From positions 1 to 64,000 of IMG/VR virus record IMGVR_UViG_3300027770_000050: a stretch of 64,000 nt of DNA. One strand, given 5' to 3'. Within the stretch, counting starts at the first letter, position 1, and each line of letters opens with the position of its first letter. The notes beneath the pieces were generated by a model, which saw only the letters and a program-made list of their open reading frames with translations, was not told the origin of the DNA and did no database searches. Source of the DNA: a virus. Positions 45,588-56,989 of this stretch are shown here, in pieces. A program made the position numbers and the translations under genes.

Positions 45588-48500
45588 ATGTCTGATTTTT
45601 ATATAGTACCTCCCAGATTAATTGTAGGATCGCTAGATAGATCTAATGTAGTCACATCTCTAAATACACTAAGAGGTGATTTGTCATTCAAGGTCAATCC
45701 AGAGACAGGATTGACTTTAAATATTGCAAGTGGCATATTTACATTTTCTATCCTGCCAGATTTCTATGTTAAGAAATCTGGAGACACAATTAACTCCAAC
45801 ATCATTTTTCAGCCATCAACTGGAAATTATGGTCTTGCTGTAGGTTCAGGAACTTCAGACCCAAATGCTGGTATTGCTGGTGCACTTTTTTACAATACCA
45901 ACTCAAATGTCCTTAAGGTTTACGATGGATTAACCTGGAATGAAATAGCTTCTACAGGTACAACTGGTATCACAGTATCTTTTGCTGACAATAGATATTT
46001 AAAATTAAATGGGACTAATACTCCAACAGGTCACATTTCTATGGGAAGTCAATTCCTTAGATTTGCAAACCTTACTACAAGAGCAATAGCTGGCACTGCT
46101 GGACAAGTTTACTTTAACACTGACACTAATAGACTAGATCTTTATGATGGATCAAGCTGGGTTCCTGTCGGTACTGGTATTACTGGAATATTTGCTGGTG
46201 TTGGAGCGTCAGTATCACCAAACCCTATAACAAACACTGGTACAGTTTCAGTCAACCAAAGCTACAATTTCAACTGGACTGGTACACATACTCACAATAA
46301 TCCTATTACTTTTGCGTCAAATCAACAGTTTGATGCCAGTAAACTTACAATAGCTTACGAAGTAGCTGGAGATATACTAACATACAGTGGTACAGCATGG
46401 ACAAGATTACCTAAAGGCGGAGCAAATACACTTTTAGGTGTTCATTGTTGTGGTGGAAATTTAGAATATAAAACTCTTGTGCCTGGTGCTGGAATATTAA
46501 TTTCCTATCAAGGTAGTTCTATATTCTTATCGTCAACTGGTGGTACAGGAAGTGGTGGCAGCGGAGGAAGTGGCACAGGGTTCACTTTTTATGATAAGGG
46601 TGATCTTTTAGTTGGTTTAGGAAGTAGTCTATATAAACTTCCTGTTGGCCCTAATAAAAGATATTACTTACATAGCAATTCAGATACAGTTTCAGGAATA
46701 GCTTGGACTACAACTGTTGGAATGGCAATAACTTCTATTGCTCCTTCTGCAATTGTTTCTTACTATGGAGACCTTTGGTACAACACTGCAGATGGAACTC
46801 TCAATGTGTTCTACAACGATGTAGATACATCTCAATGGGTTGAAGTTGTTAGTGGTGGTGCTTTCTCACAAGTTTATCAAGGTATCAATTACGGAATTCC
46901 ATTTTATGTCAGTAGTGGTACAGCTATCACTAGTAACAATAATTTTACCAATGTTGGAACTGGAGTTTCTTTACTTTACACTGCTCAATCTACATCTACT
47001 ACTACAGGTGCTCTTGTTATTTCTGGTGGTGTTGGTATTGGAGGAACTGTATTTATTGGTGGTGCTACTCAAATACAAGGCACTACTAATGTTTCAGCTG
47101 ATGGTTGGCAAAGTTTAGTTGGCAGTTTTGGAATACTTTCAAGAGATTTCAAAGCACTAGCAGATGGTGTTACAGTTGGTTCTCTTGTAAATTTAGGTGG
47201 TTTTGCAAATGTAGGCAATGCTTTTATTGGTGGAACTACAACAATCACCAACAATACCCCATCTTTTTCATATGATACTGGAGCTTTAGTTGTTTATGGC
47301 GGGGTTGGTATTGGCGGAACATTATTTGTTTCCCCTAATAAAGCTTCTTCTGTTTCAGGTGTCAAACTATTCAATAGTGTTGTAAGTCAAGCAACTTGGC
47401 AAGGAAACATTGTTGGATATATTTATGGTGGTACTGGATATAGCACATTTAGTAAAGGTGATATTCTTGTTGGTACAGGGACATCTTTATTCAAATTAGC
47501 AGTTGGAACAAATAACCAAGTACTAGCAGCAGACAGCTCTTCTGCTACTGGTTTGACATGGACAAATGTTGCAAGTAATGGTTTCGCAACTATAGGTATC
47601 ACTTCTTTAAATGGAATATCTTTAGGTCAACAATATTTAGACGCTACTTACTCTGGAAATACTTTTGGATTTACGAGTTCAGGATCAACTCACACTCTCA
47701 ACATTCCAATAGCAGGAACATCTACTACTGGTTTAGTTTCTACTGGTTCACAAACATTTTCTGGAAGTAAGACATTCTCGTCTAACACAAATATAACTTC
47801 TGCTACTGATGCATCTAACACATCATCAGGAGCTTTAGTAGTTTCAGGTGGTGCAGGTTTTGGTAAGTCAGTATTTATTGGTGGAAATCTTGATGTAGTT
47901 GGAGATTTGTACATCAGAGGTACGATGACCACAATAAATACGGTCAATCTTACTGTTGATGATAAAAACATTGAAATAGGTTCAGTAGACACACCTACAG
48001 ATATAACCGCTGAAGGTGGAGGAATAACACTTAAGGGTTCTACTGACAAGACTATAGTTTGGAACTCAGGTATTGGTTGGTCGTTCAATAATCCTGTCAA
48101 TCTATCTAATGGTAATACGTTTAAGATTGGTAATTCAACAGTATTATCATCCACAACTCTAGGTTCATCAGTTGTTAATTCTTCGTTGACATCTGTAGGA
48201 ACATTGATTTCTGGAACTTGGAATGCTAGCACAATCACTGTTCCTTATGGTGGTACTGGATATACAAATTACACTCATAGCACAATACTTGTAGGTTCAG
48301 GCAGTTCGTTTATTCAACTACTTTCTGGTTCAAATGATCAAGTATTAACTGCTGACAGTACTACATCTTCTGGATATAAATGGGCATTTGCGTCTGGATT
48401 AAATTCAAATGGAACGCTGACATCTATAAATGGTATTGGAGTATCACAGCAATATCTTACTTTTGGATATTTAGGAACTCTTCCAAATATTGTTTCTTCT

Positions 48501-51104
48501 GGTTCTACTCACACTTTCAACATACCGTTAGCTGGTGTTGGAAGTACTGGATTAGTTTCAACACAAGCTCAATCTTTTGCTGGTAATAAAACATTTACTG
48601 GATCTGTTTATATTACAGACACAACAGCAAGCACTTCATATACTTCTGGAGCATTAGTTGTCTCTGGTGGATTAGGTGTTAGCAATAATCTTTATGTTGA
48701 CAAGAATGTTCATGTAGGGAATGGATTTACTGGAAGTCTCTATTTTGAAAGAGCTTATATGGGATCTGCTGGAGCATCGCAGATACCTTATATGGCATTT
48801 ATTGGACAAACAAATCTTCCAATAACTCTTAGAATATTACCAGACAATACGTTAAGTTACGAAGCAAATTACGGACAAATATTATCTCTATCAAATTCAA
48901 GCATTTACGACAGTTGGATTTATAGAATTAATGATATTTCAGGTATGCCACTTATTAGAGCAAGCAATGACGGTATTGTTGCTCTTGCAGAATATGGTGG
49001 ATCAGTTGGTATTGGTAAAAGTAATCCAAACTATACACTTGATGTTGTTGGTAATGTAAATGTATCTGCTGGATATAATTTCTTAATTGACGGAATACCT
49101 ATTTCTGCTGGTGCTGGAAGTAGTGGTATTTATTCAATTAATGGTCTAACTAATTTTGTTCAATATTTTAATATTGGAACAAATGGTAACGATTTTAATA
49201 TTTCTTCTGTTGGGTACACACACACTTTTAATATCCCAATAGCTGGTGTTGGAAAAACTGGTTTACTAAGCTCCCTACCTCAAACATTAGGTGGAATAAA
49301 AACATTTTCTGATGGTTTTATTTCATCATCTGGAGCAACAATATATGGTAGTTTAGTCTTACCTGATAATCCCTTAGCATATTCTTATGGTGGCACTGGA
49401 TATACAAATTATGCTAAGGGTGATCTGTTAGTTGGTACAGGAACATCCTTACTAAAACTTCCAGTAGGTAGCAATAATCAAGTCTTAACAGTTGATGGTA
49501 CTACAGCAACAGGACTGACTTGGTCAAATGCTTCTAGTTCTGGTACTACAACAATAGGTATTCCAACTGACAGTACATACACTGATGGATTTTTCTCTAC
49601 ATGGACAAGTGGTACACCCATTTCAAACGCATTTGATGACATTAATGAACTGTTAGCGTTACTAGCACCAGCAAGACCAAATTATCTTACTGGCACATCA
49701 CTTGTAGCTAGTAGTGTACCTACATACTATACAGTCAAAATATCTGCTGGTTTAGGAACTGAATGGTATCAAGCTGGTTATGGCACAGGCAGCCAAATAA
49801 CTAGCAAATATTATTTATCAGGGGCTCATACTCTAAATACTGCAAGTACTACCACTACATTTTCAGCTGGTAGTTTGACAACATCAACTTATGGAACAAT
49901 ATTATTTAACAGATATAATTATTTAGCTCCAACAGGTGCTGGTGTTGGAACTATTGATTTAACAACAAATTACACTGTTGGATTTACAAATAATAATCTA
50001 AAATTAACAGCTTTAGGCACTTACAACAGTATATGGACTAAGGCAAATGCACAAATTCTCACATACACACAACCTAATCCTGGATATGAGGGAGTTTACA
50101 TTGCTCATTCTGAAAATAGCCAGTTAACAAATACATATGAAATGTGGAAAGATCCTTGGTCAGCATCTAATGGAAGTCCAATATTTTCCCAAGCAGCGAC
50201 AGCATCTACTTACAGTCAATCAGATAAGTGGTTATCAGGTATTTCTTACTATGCTACAGGAACAGGATTTAGTGTTTACTTCAAGGGAGCAGCTGGTATT
50301 TATAGCTGTGCATATAATGTAACTCAAGTTTACGCTATTTCAGCAACTGGATTAAATACTTCTACAGGACTGCCAGCTAGTCCACCGTTGTTCACCGATG
50401 AATTAGATAAGTCAGGTTCTAACCATGTCAGAGTATCTTTATCTGTTGGCAGTCAATCTTCTTTTAATAAATATTTAACTGTAACAATTTATAAAGCACA
50501 TGGAACTACTGCAGCTTCAAATGCAACGATAAGTAAAGCAATAAATACTTATGGCACAGTATCCACAGACACTTATGAGGGTTTCCAAGATGAGGCAAGA
50601 AGATTGGTTATAGGTTCAGGTATAGCATTTACTTCAACTATAGATATGGCTAGCGGAAATGCTCAAGTTAGGTCAGGTACTTTGCAATATCCTTTAGTAG
50701 CTGACTATGACACGCAATGGGGAGGATCACATACCTTCTCAGGTGATCAAGAGTATCAAAGATATTTCTATAAAACGTCAGCAAGTACTGGAAGTTTGAC
50801 ATTTACAGGATTTACTGCTTCAAATATAGCACCTTATGGAACTGGAAGCGTAAATGCATTAATTTATTTAGATGGTGATGCTTTGTGGTTTGATTTAGGT
50901 GTTTTGCAAGGTTCAAATGCTAATGACGGTTCAATCAGATCTGCAGCAATATCTGCTAAAACTTCTGCATCTGGAGGTGCACTTGGTTGGTCAATTGGTA
51001 CTAAAACTACCGGAGTTGCAGGAGCTGGAAATTCTGCAAGATATAGAGTAGTGATAATTTTCAGAAACAACACTTACAGCATGACAAGCATAACGAGTTC
51101 ATAA
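45588..51104 (+). CDS. Large tail fibre-like protein (1838 aa)
   Basis: G/S/T-rich modules GALV(V/I).GG.G(I/F)G, YGGTGY..Y.KGD.LVG, GDLWYN and STHTFNIP; YNT....L.VYDG..W repeats. Confidence 0.85.
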   Translation: MSDFYIVPPRLIVGSLDRSNVVTSLNTLRGDLSFKVNPETGLTLNIASGIFTFSILPDFYVKKSGDTINSNIIFQPSTGNYGLAVGSGTSDPNAGIAGALFYNTNSNVLKVYDGLTWNEIASTGTTGITVSFADNRYLKLNGTNTPTGHISMGSQFLRFANLTTRAIAGTAGQVYFNTDTNRLDLYDGSSWVPVGTGITGIFAGVGASVSPNPITNTGTVSVNQSYNFNWTGTHTHNNPITFASNQQFDASKLTIAYEVAGDILTYSGTAWTRLPKGGANTLLGVHCCGGNLEYKTLVPGAGILISYQGSSIFLSSTGGTGSGGSGGSGTGFTFYDKGDLLVGLGSSLYKLPVGPNKRYYLHSNSDTVSGIAWTTTVGMAITSIAPSAIVSYYGDLWYNTADGTLNVFYNDVDTSQWVEVVSGGAFSQVYQGINYGIPFYVSSGTAITSNNNFTNVGTGVSLLYTAQSTSTTTGALVISGGVGIGGTVFIGGATQIQGTTNVSADGWQSLVGSFGILSRDFKALADGVTVGSLVNLGGFANVGNAFIGGTTTITNNTPSFSYDTGALVVYGGVGIGGTLFVSPNKASSVSGVKLFNSVVSQATWQGNIVGYIYGGTGYSTFSKGDILVGTGTSLFKLAVGTNNQVLAADSSSATGLTWTNVASNGFATIGITSLNGISLGQQYLDATYSGNTFGFTSSGSTHTLNIPIAGTSTTGLVSTGSQTFSGSKTFSSNTNITSATDASNTSSGALVVSGGAGFGKSVFIGGNLDVVGDLYIRGTMTTINTVNLTVDDKNIEIGSVDTPTDITAEGGGITLKGSTDKTIVWNSGIGWSFNNPVNLSNGNTFKIGNSTVLSSTTLGSSVVNSSLTSVGTLISGTWNASTITVPYGGTGYTNYTHSTILVGSGSSFIQLLSGSNDQVLTADSTTSSGYKWAFASGLNSNGTLTSINGIGVSQQYLTFGYLGTLPNIVSSGSTHTFNIPLAGVGSTGLVSTQAQSFAGNKTFTGSVYITDTTASTSYTSGALVVSGGLGVSNNLYVDKNVHVGNGFTGSLYFERAYMGSAGASQIPYMAFIGQTNLPITLRILPDNTLSYEANYGQILSLSNSSIYDSWIYRINDISGMPLIRASNDGIVALAEYGGSVGIGKSNPNYTLDVVGNVNVSAGYNFLIDGIPISAGAGSSGIYSINGLTNFVQYFNIGTNGNDFNISSVGYTHTFNIPIAGVGKTGLLSSLPQTLGGIKTFSDGFISSSGATIYGSLVLPDNPLAYSYGGTGYTNYAKGDLLVGTGTSLLKLPVGSNNQVLTVDGTTATGLTWSNASSSGTTTIGIPTDSTYTDGFFSTWTSGTPISNAFDDINELLALLAPARPNYLTGTSLVASSVPTYYTVKISAGLGTEWYQAGYGTGSQITSKYYLSGAHTLNTASTTTTFSAGSLTTSTYGTILFNRYNYLAPTGAGVGTIDLTTNYTVGFTNNNLKLTALGTYNSIWTKANAQILTYTQPNPGYEGVYIAHSENSQLTNTYEMWKDPWSASNGSPIFSQAATASTYSQSDKWLSGISYYATGTGFSVYFKGAAGIYSCAYNVTQVYAISATGLNTSTGLPASPPLFTDELDKSGSNHVRVSLSVGSQSSFNKYLTVTIYKAHGTTAASNATISKAINTYGTVSTDTYEGFQDEARRLVIGSGIAFTSTIDMASGNAQVRSGTLQYPLVADYDTQWGGSHTFSGDQEYQRYFYKTSASTGSLTFTGFTASNIAPYGTGSVNALIYLDGDALWFDLGVLQGSNANDGSIRSAAISAKTSASGGALGWSIGTKTTGVAGAGNSARYRVVIIFRNNTYSMTSITSS

Positions 51105-51105
51105 G

Positions 51106-54100
51106 ATGCCCTGGACACAAACAGATACAAGTTTCAAGAAGCTAAGTAATAAAAGAATTACAACTAGCACTGGGAAAGGTCTGCCAGAAGAAAAAGGTGC
51201 ATCTACGCTTGAGTTATATCTTCCTGATATCAAAACTGGGCTTATACCTGGAACTGGATATGCTGGATATGGAGTTTCAGGAAATTTATTTTACTACGGT
51301 CCGACAGCTTCATTTGGTCAAACTTTAGCAGTAGATACTTCTGTTCCAGGAAATTTGACTTGGTTTGCAACATCGGGATGGGGAAACACCACTTCTGCAA
51401 ATGATGGTAGTGCAGGATCTGAAGCTCAAAGATTAGGAGATTGGGTATCTGATAAATATGATGCATTTGGTACGGTACCGGGTGCTGGTTATGAAATTAA
51501 GGTTTTTGACAGAAACAATAACCTAATTACAAAATCTGATAACTCGAACTGGCTTTTTGATTATCAGACCGGAATTTTAGTTTTTAATAATGATACGACA
51601 AGTATCAGCACTCTTATTTCAACTAGTGGTCCGTTCAAAATTGTTGGATGGAGATATATTGGTCCTAAAGGTATTATCCCAACATCTTTTGGTGGCTTAG
51701 GAAATACATCATACAATTTAGGAGACTTAGTAGTTGGCGCTGGTTCTACTGTTATTTCTTTTCCTCTGGGAAATAATGGTTATATTCTTTCCGTAAATAC
51801 CTCAACATCATCTGGATTACAATGGATACCTAATACTGGTGGTGGTAGCGGTTCAGGTATATCTCTTCTTAATAACCTAACAGCTGGTCAACAATATTTT
51901 GCTACTGGAACATCAGGTAGCGAGTTCAATATAAGTTCTTTTGGATCTACTCACACATTCAACATACCTATAGCTGGAACTGGTTCAACTGGTTTAGTAA
52001 GTTCACTACCGCAAACAATTGGTGGACTGAAAACATTCTCAGATGGTTTGATATCTTCATCTGGAGCAACTATTTATGGTAACTTAGTTTTACCAAATAA
52101 TCCATTAGCAGCTCTTTATGGTGGTACTGGATATACAAATTACGCTAAAGGTGATCTTTTAGTTGGTGCTGGTAATACTTTTGTAAAGCTTAGTGTTGGA
52201 AGTTATAACCAAGCACTTCTTGCAGATAATAGCACAGCATCAGGATTAAAATGGGGAACAGTATCAGGTGGTGGAGGTGGTAGTGGATTATCACTTTACA
52301 TTACAGATATAGCTCCGATAGTTGCTAACATTGGAGATCTTTGGTTTAATTCTGAAACTGCTATACTCTCAGTTAACTATACAGATGTAGATAGCACACA
52401 ATGGGTAGAGATTGGTTTAAATCTAGCAGCAATAGAAAATATTACTAATATTGGTATAGGAATCACTAAGCTAAATAATCTTGGTAGTTCTTCTCAATAT
52501 TTTGCTACTGGAACAAGTGGTTCTGGATTTAACATTACTTCTAGTGGTTCTTATCACTTCTTTAATTTACCAATAGCATCCACAGCATCAACAGGTTTAG
52601 TTTCAGGTTTAGCTCAGACATTTGGTGGTAATAAGACTTTTATTAATGGTTTTATATCATCTGCTGGAGCTACAATTTATGGAAGTTTATATCTTCCAGA
52701 CAATCCATTAGCAAGTATTTATGGTGGTACAGGATATACAAATTATAATCTTGGAGACTTAATTGTTGGTGCTGGTTCATCAACAATTAAACTGGCAAAA
52801 GGTCCAGATAGATATGTACTTCAAAGCAACCCAGCATTCTCTTCAGGATTAGGGTGGACAAATGCATCAGGAGGAGTTGGAGTATCTACTGTTCCTCCTT
52901 CTAATCCTTTTGCTGGAGATTTGTGGTGGAACTCTGGTGATGGAAGTTTGTCAGTTTATTATGATGATGTAGACGGAGATGGATACTGGGTTGAGATAGA
53001 ACATGGTCCCGGAACTGGTACTGTTGTTGGTGGTGGAGGAGGAGCTGGTCTTACTTTATTAAATGGATTGACATCGTATGACCAGTATTTTCAAGTTGGA
53101 TCTTCCGGAGCTGGATTTAATATATCTTCAGTTGGCTCTACTCACACATTCAATATTCCAATAGCTGGTAATGGAATAACTGGTTTAGTTTCTGGAATTG
53201 CGCAGACATTTTCTGGAAATAAAACATATATTGACAATGTAATCATTTTATCATCAACAGCATCAACTTCTACTAGTACTGGAGCATTGGTAGTAAGAGG
53301 TGGACTTGGAGTTACTGGTCAACTATCATTTTCTCAAGCTTCTTTTGGATTTACTGGAATAACAACAAACCCAACCATGTCATTTATTGGAGCAACATCA
53401 AGTTCTCCAATAACACTTACGGTTCAAACAGATAACTCACTTAACTTTGAAAGCTCACAAGGATCAGTGTTTTCTATTGATAGCAATTTATCTTCTGGTG
53501 AAATATTCTCTGTAAGTGATATATCTGGTTTGCCAATCATTAGTGCTTCTGCTGGTCAAACTGTAAATATCAATGAGTTTGGTGGCTATACACAAATTGG
53601 CAATGGTTCAATAAATTCATCATCCACTTCTACTGGTTCTCTAGTTATTGCTGGTGGATTAGGACTCACAGGTAATGCAAATATTGGTGGAACTGTTAGA
53701 ATTACTAATACTACTAATAGCACTTTATCTTCGTCTGGTGCTTTAGTTGTTTCTGGTGGTGTAGGTATTGGTGGAACCTTAAATGTTGGAGCAGATTTAA
53801 GTATTACTGGTTTAACTACTCTTACATATACTTCAGAAAAATTAACTACAAAAACATCTGCTGGTTCTGCTGGTACTGTAACACACGATTTGTCAACAGG
53901 TTCAATATTTTATCACAGCTCTATTTCAAATAACTTTACAGCGAATTTTACGAATGTTCCAACTACAAATGATAGAGCGATTGGTGTAACTCTAGTATTA
54001 GCACAAGGTGGTACTGGTTATATAGTAAATGTTCTTCAAATAGATGGAAGTACACAAACAATAAAATGGGTCAATAATACAACCCCAACTGGAACAGCAA

Positions 54101-54183
54101 ACAAAGTTGACATAGTTGGATTCAGCTTAATTAGAACTGGATCTGCTTGGACAGTCTTAGGTCAATATTCTACATACGGATAA
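51106..54183 (+). CDS. Tail fibre-like protein (1025 aa)
   Basis: Same modules as the upstream fibre; C-terminal IKW....PT.TANK.DI..F...RTG..W domain. Confidence 0.85.
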   Translation: MPWTQTDTSFKKLSNKRITTSTGKGLPEEKGASTLELYLPDIKTGLIPGTGYAGYGVSGNLFYYGPTASFGQTLAVDTSVPGNLTWFATSGWGNTTSANDGSAGSEAQRLGDWVSDKYDAFGTVPGAGYEIKVFDRNNNLITKSDNSNWLFDYQTGILVFNNDTTSISTLISTSGPFKIVGWRYIGPKGIIPTSFGGLGNTSYNLGDLVVGAGSTVISFPLGNNGYILSVNTSTSSGLQWIPNTGGGSGSGISLLNNLTAGQQYFATGTSGSEFNISSFGSTHTFNIPIAGTGSTGLVSSLPQTIGGLKTFSDGLISSSGATIYGNLVLPNNPLAALYGGTGYTNYAKGDLLVGAGNTFVKLSVGSYNQALLADNSTASGLKWGTVSGGGGGSGLSLYITDIAPIVANIGDLWFNSETAILSVNYTDVDSTQWVEIGLNLAAIENITNIGIGITKLNNLGSSSQYFATGTSGSGFNITSSGSYHFFNLPIASTASTGLVSGLAQTFGGNKTFINGFISSAGATIYGSLYLPDNPLASIYGGTGYTNYNLGDLIVGAGSSTIKLAKGPDRYVLQSNPAFSSGLGWTNASGGVGVSTVPPSNPFAGDLWWNSGDGSLSVYYDDVDGDGYWVEIEHGPGTGTVVGGGGGAGLTLLNGLTSYDQYFQVGSSGAGFNISSVGSTHTFNIPIAGNGITGLVSGIAQTFSGNKTYIDNVIILSSTASTSTSTGALVVRGGLGVTGQLSFSQASFGFTGITTNPTMSFIGATSSSPITLTVQTDNSLNFESSQGSVFSIDSNLSSGEIFSVSDISGLPIISASAGQTVNINEFGGYTQIGNGSINSSSTSTGSLVIAGGLGLTGNANIGGTVRITNTTNSTLSSSGALVVSGGVGIGGTLNVGADLSITGLTTLTYTSEKLTTKTSAGSAGTVTHDLSTGSIFYHSSISNNFTANFTNVPTTNDRAIGVTLVLAQGGTGYIVNVLQIDGSTQTIKWVNNTTPTGTANKVDIVGFSLIRTGSAWTVLGQYSTYG

Positions 54184-54189
54184 AATACA

Positions 54190-54942
54190 ATGCCTTTAAG
54201 TACATTTTCTAGTCAACATAGACCTGTAAATAGAATATTTTCAACTAGTGTAGCTGCAGTAGTTAGTTCTGGATTAATTTGTCACTTAAAAACAGCTCCT
54301 CCTACAGGATCAACTTGGACTGACAATGTAGGAAATAGTAATGCAACTTTAGCTAATAGCCCAACTTATTCTAGCAGTAACGGTGGGTACATATCCTTAA
54401 ATGGCTCTAACCAATATGTTATGACTTCAACATCTCTAAATGCACAGATTACTGGAACATCGCCTAATAAATCTACTGCGCAATCAATTTTTATTTGGTG
54501 CTATCCTACTGAGCAAGGGATTATAGTTTCTGAAATAGGACAAGCTACTATAAATACTGGCTGGCACGATTCTAACATTGAAATTACAAGTTCAGGAGTT
54601 GTTTGTTTTAGTGTATGGCACGGGTCACTTACTAACAAGGTTTCCAGTACTGCAAAATCTTTTAACACTTGGTATCACTTAGGTTGGACTTACTCTGGAA
54701 CTACACTTACTGCATATATAAATGGAGTGTCAGTTGGAACAGCAACTTTGACAAGATCAGCTCCTTTTAATAATGGCAATAATTTACATTATGCTTTAGG
54801 AGCTATCGATGGCACAAAAATGGATAGCGACGGATCCTATTGTGCTATGAATGTAGGTAGTTTCCAAGTATATAACAGAGCTTTAACAATTGATGAAGTG
54901 ACAACTAACTTTAACAGTAATAAGTCTAACTATGGGTTATAA
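54190..54942 (+). CDS. LamG/concanavalin A-like lectin domain protein 1
   Basis: NTWYHLGWTYSG...YING...YNRALT..EV..NF. Confidence 0.85.
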   Translation: MPLSTFSSQHRPVNRIFSTSVAAVVSSGLICHLKTAPPTGSTWTDNVGNSNATLANSPTYSSSNGGYISLNGSNQYVMTSTSLNAQITGTSPNKSTAQSIFIWCYPTEQGIIVSEIGQATINTGWHDSNIEITSSGVVCFSVWHGSLTNKVSSTAKSFNTWYHLGWTYSGTTLTAYINGVSVGTATLTRSAPFNNGNNLHYALGAIDGTKMDSDGSYCAMNVGSFQVYNRALTIDEVTTNFNSNKSNYGL

Positions 54943-54945
54943 ATA

Positions 54946-55629
54946 ATGGGAACTAAATATAGTCCAAGAATAGTCTCCAGTGGATTATTAGCATATTTTG
55001 ATGCTGCTAATACAAGAAGTTATATCGGATCTGGAACAACTGTAAATGGTCTCATAAGTGGAATAGGATTTACATTAGTCAACGGTGTAGGTTTTGGTTC
55101 TACTAATAACGGACATTTTATTTTTGATGGAATTGACGACAATATACCATTTTCAATACCTAGTCCTGGCACAATTTTATCAATTGAAATGTGGGTAAGA
55201 GCAAAATCATTTTCAAATAATGGAATGTTTTTTGGATTTAATATTTATGATGTTTGGACCGGAAATGGAGGATTAGGATACAACACTGGTGCTTCTGATG
55301 TTTATGGATTGACATCAACTCAAGTGACTAATCTTGACCTTCTCAATCAATGGAAACATTATGTCTTTGAAATGAGAAGTGATGTAGCGTATACAAATAA
55401 TAAAATTTATGTTAATGGAGAAAATCAATCTTTATCACAAGTTTCAGGTTCTGAAAGTGCAGCTAATAGAAATTTCAATAGTGGTAATGGAAGAATAGGC
55501 AGTTGGCTTTCTTCTAATAATTTTTTTATGGCAATGGATCATTCTCAATTTAAAGTTTACAACAGAGCTTTAACAGCTGCAGAAATAGTACAAAATTATA
55601 ATGCTACAAAAAGGAGATATGGATTGTAA
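54946..55629 (+). CDS. LamG/concanavalin A-like protein 2
   Basis: DAANTRSY.GSG...FDG...WKHY...YNRALTAAEIVQNYNATKRRYGL. Confidence 0.85.
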   Translation: MGTKYSPRIVSSGLLAYFDAANTRSYIGSGTTVNGLISGIGFTLVNGVGFGSTNNGHFIFDGIDDNIPFSIPSPGTILSIEMWVRAKSFSNNGMFFGFNIYDVWTGNGGLGYNTGASDVYGLTSTQVTNLDLLNQWKHYVFEMRSDVAYTNNKIYVNGENQSLSQVSGSESAANRNFNSGNGRIGSWLSSNNFFMAMDHSQFKVYNRALTAAEIVQNYNATKRRYGL

Positions 55630-56303
55630 TGGGACTAGGACATTCTCCTACAATTATCACTGATGGATTAGTGTTTTCTTTAGATGCTGCTAATTCTAGA
55701 AGTTACAGTGGTTCTGGAACTTCTTGGTATGAAATAAGTGGAAGTGGTAGCACAGCAACATTATCAAACAGTCCTACATTTTCTTCTATTAATAACGGAG
55801 GATTTATCTTTAATGGATCAAATCAATATGCTACAGTTCCAACAGCAAGTAGATTTGATTTTTCAACAGGAAGTACCACCGTTACGGCTTGGTTTAAATT
55901 AACATCTTCAGGTTACAATTGTATAGTATCTAAAAGAAATGGTACTGGTTTTCAGCTTTATTCTTTATCAGGAAAATTGTATGCGGATGGTGCTGGAACT
56001 GCAGGTAAATCTTCTTCTCAATCTGTTAACACTGGAAATATATTTTATGGAGCTGTAGTTTATGATAGAGCTTCATCTTTAATGCGACTTTATATAAATG
56101 GCGTAGAAGATGGAAATGTTGCCCTAGATTCTACAACACTTACAGACGTAGCTGGTGTAAATGTTGGAAGAGCTACTCTTGGCGGCGGTTCTTCAGACTA
56201 TTTCAATGGCACTATTTATCAAGTACAAATTTACAACAGAGCTTTATCAGCTACAGAAGTCAAACAAAATTACAATGCTACGAAAAGAAGGTTCGGATTA
56301 TAA
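55629..56303 (+). CDS. LamG/concanavalin A-like protein 3
   Basis: Same conserved termini; TAATG coupling. Confidence 0.85.
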   Translation: MGLGHSPTIITDGLVFSLDAANSRSYSGSGTSWYEISGSGSTATLSNSPTFSSINNGGFIFNGSNQYATVPTASRFDFSTGSTTVTAWFKLTSSGYNCIVSKRNGTGFQLYSLSGKLYADGAGTAGKSSSQSVNTGNIFYGAVVYDRASSLMRLYINGVEDGNVALDSTTLTDVAGVNVGRATLGGGSSDYFNGTIYQVQIYNRALSATEVKQNYNATKRRFGL

Positions 56304-56989
56304 TGGGCATTGACGTAGGACCTATCGAAGTTACTGATGGATTGATATGCCAATTTGATCCAGCAAACTTTAGAAGTTATTCTGGCTCTGGATTAACCTC
56401 ATATGGTTTGGTAGGGGGTATTGGAGCAACTCTTGTCAACGGGACTGGATACACTTCTGATGGCGGAGGAAGTTTTGTTTTTGATGGTACTAATGATTAT
56501 GTTATCACCTCTGCAAACGTTGGACCTTTAGGAGCAAATCCACGAACAATCTGTATTTGGTTTTATATTCCAAGTGCTCAAAGTAAAAATGTTTATGGAT
56601 ATGGGCAAGGAACTACAGGATCGATATTTGACATAATAACTTGGGATAACAGTGGATATAACAGAGTAATTGGACATTATTGGTCCGGTGGATATGACAC
56701 TATAGGAACCTTGCCACCAAGAAATACCTTAAATGTTCCTGGATGGAATTTTGTAGTCCATACTTATAATGGAAGTGCAGTATCATTATATACAAATACA
56801 GTTTTTTCTAATTCTACTAATTTAAATCTTACTACTTTGGATGGACCTTTAACTTTAGGAAAAGGTACATATAATGGCTATGATCATTTTACAGGTAAAG
56901 TTTCAAACATTCAAATCTATAACAGAGTACTGACTGATCAAGAAATGTTACAAAATTTCAACGCTACAAAAGGGAGATATGGATTATAA
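56303..56989 (+). CDS. LamG/concanavalin A-like protein 4
   Basis: Same conserved termini; TAATG coupling. Confidence 0.85.
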   Translation: MGIDVGPIEVTDGLICQFDPANFRSYSGSGLTSYGLVGGIGATLVNGTGYTSDGGGSFVFDGTNDYVITSANVGPLGANPRTICIWFYIPSAQSKNVYGYGQGTTGSIFDIITWDNSGYNRVIGHYWSGGYDTIGTLPPRNTLNVPGWNFVVHTYNGSAVSLYTNTVFSNSTNLNLTTLDGPLTLGKGTYNGYDHFTGKVSNIQIYNRVLTDQEMLQNFNATKGRYGL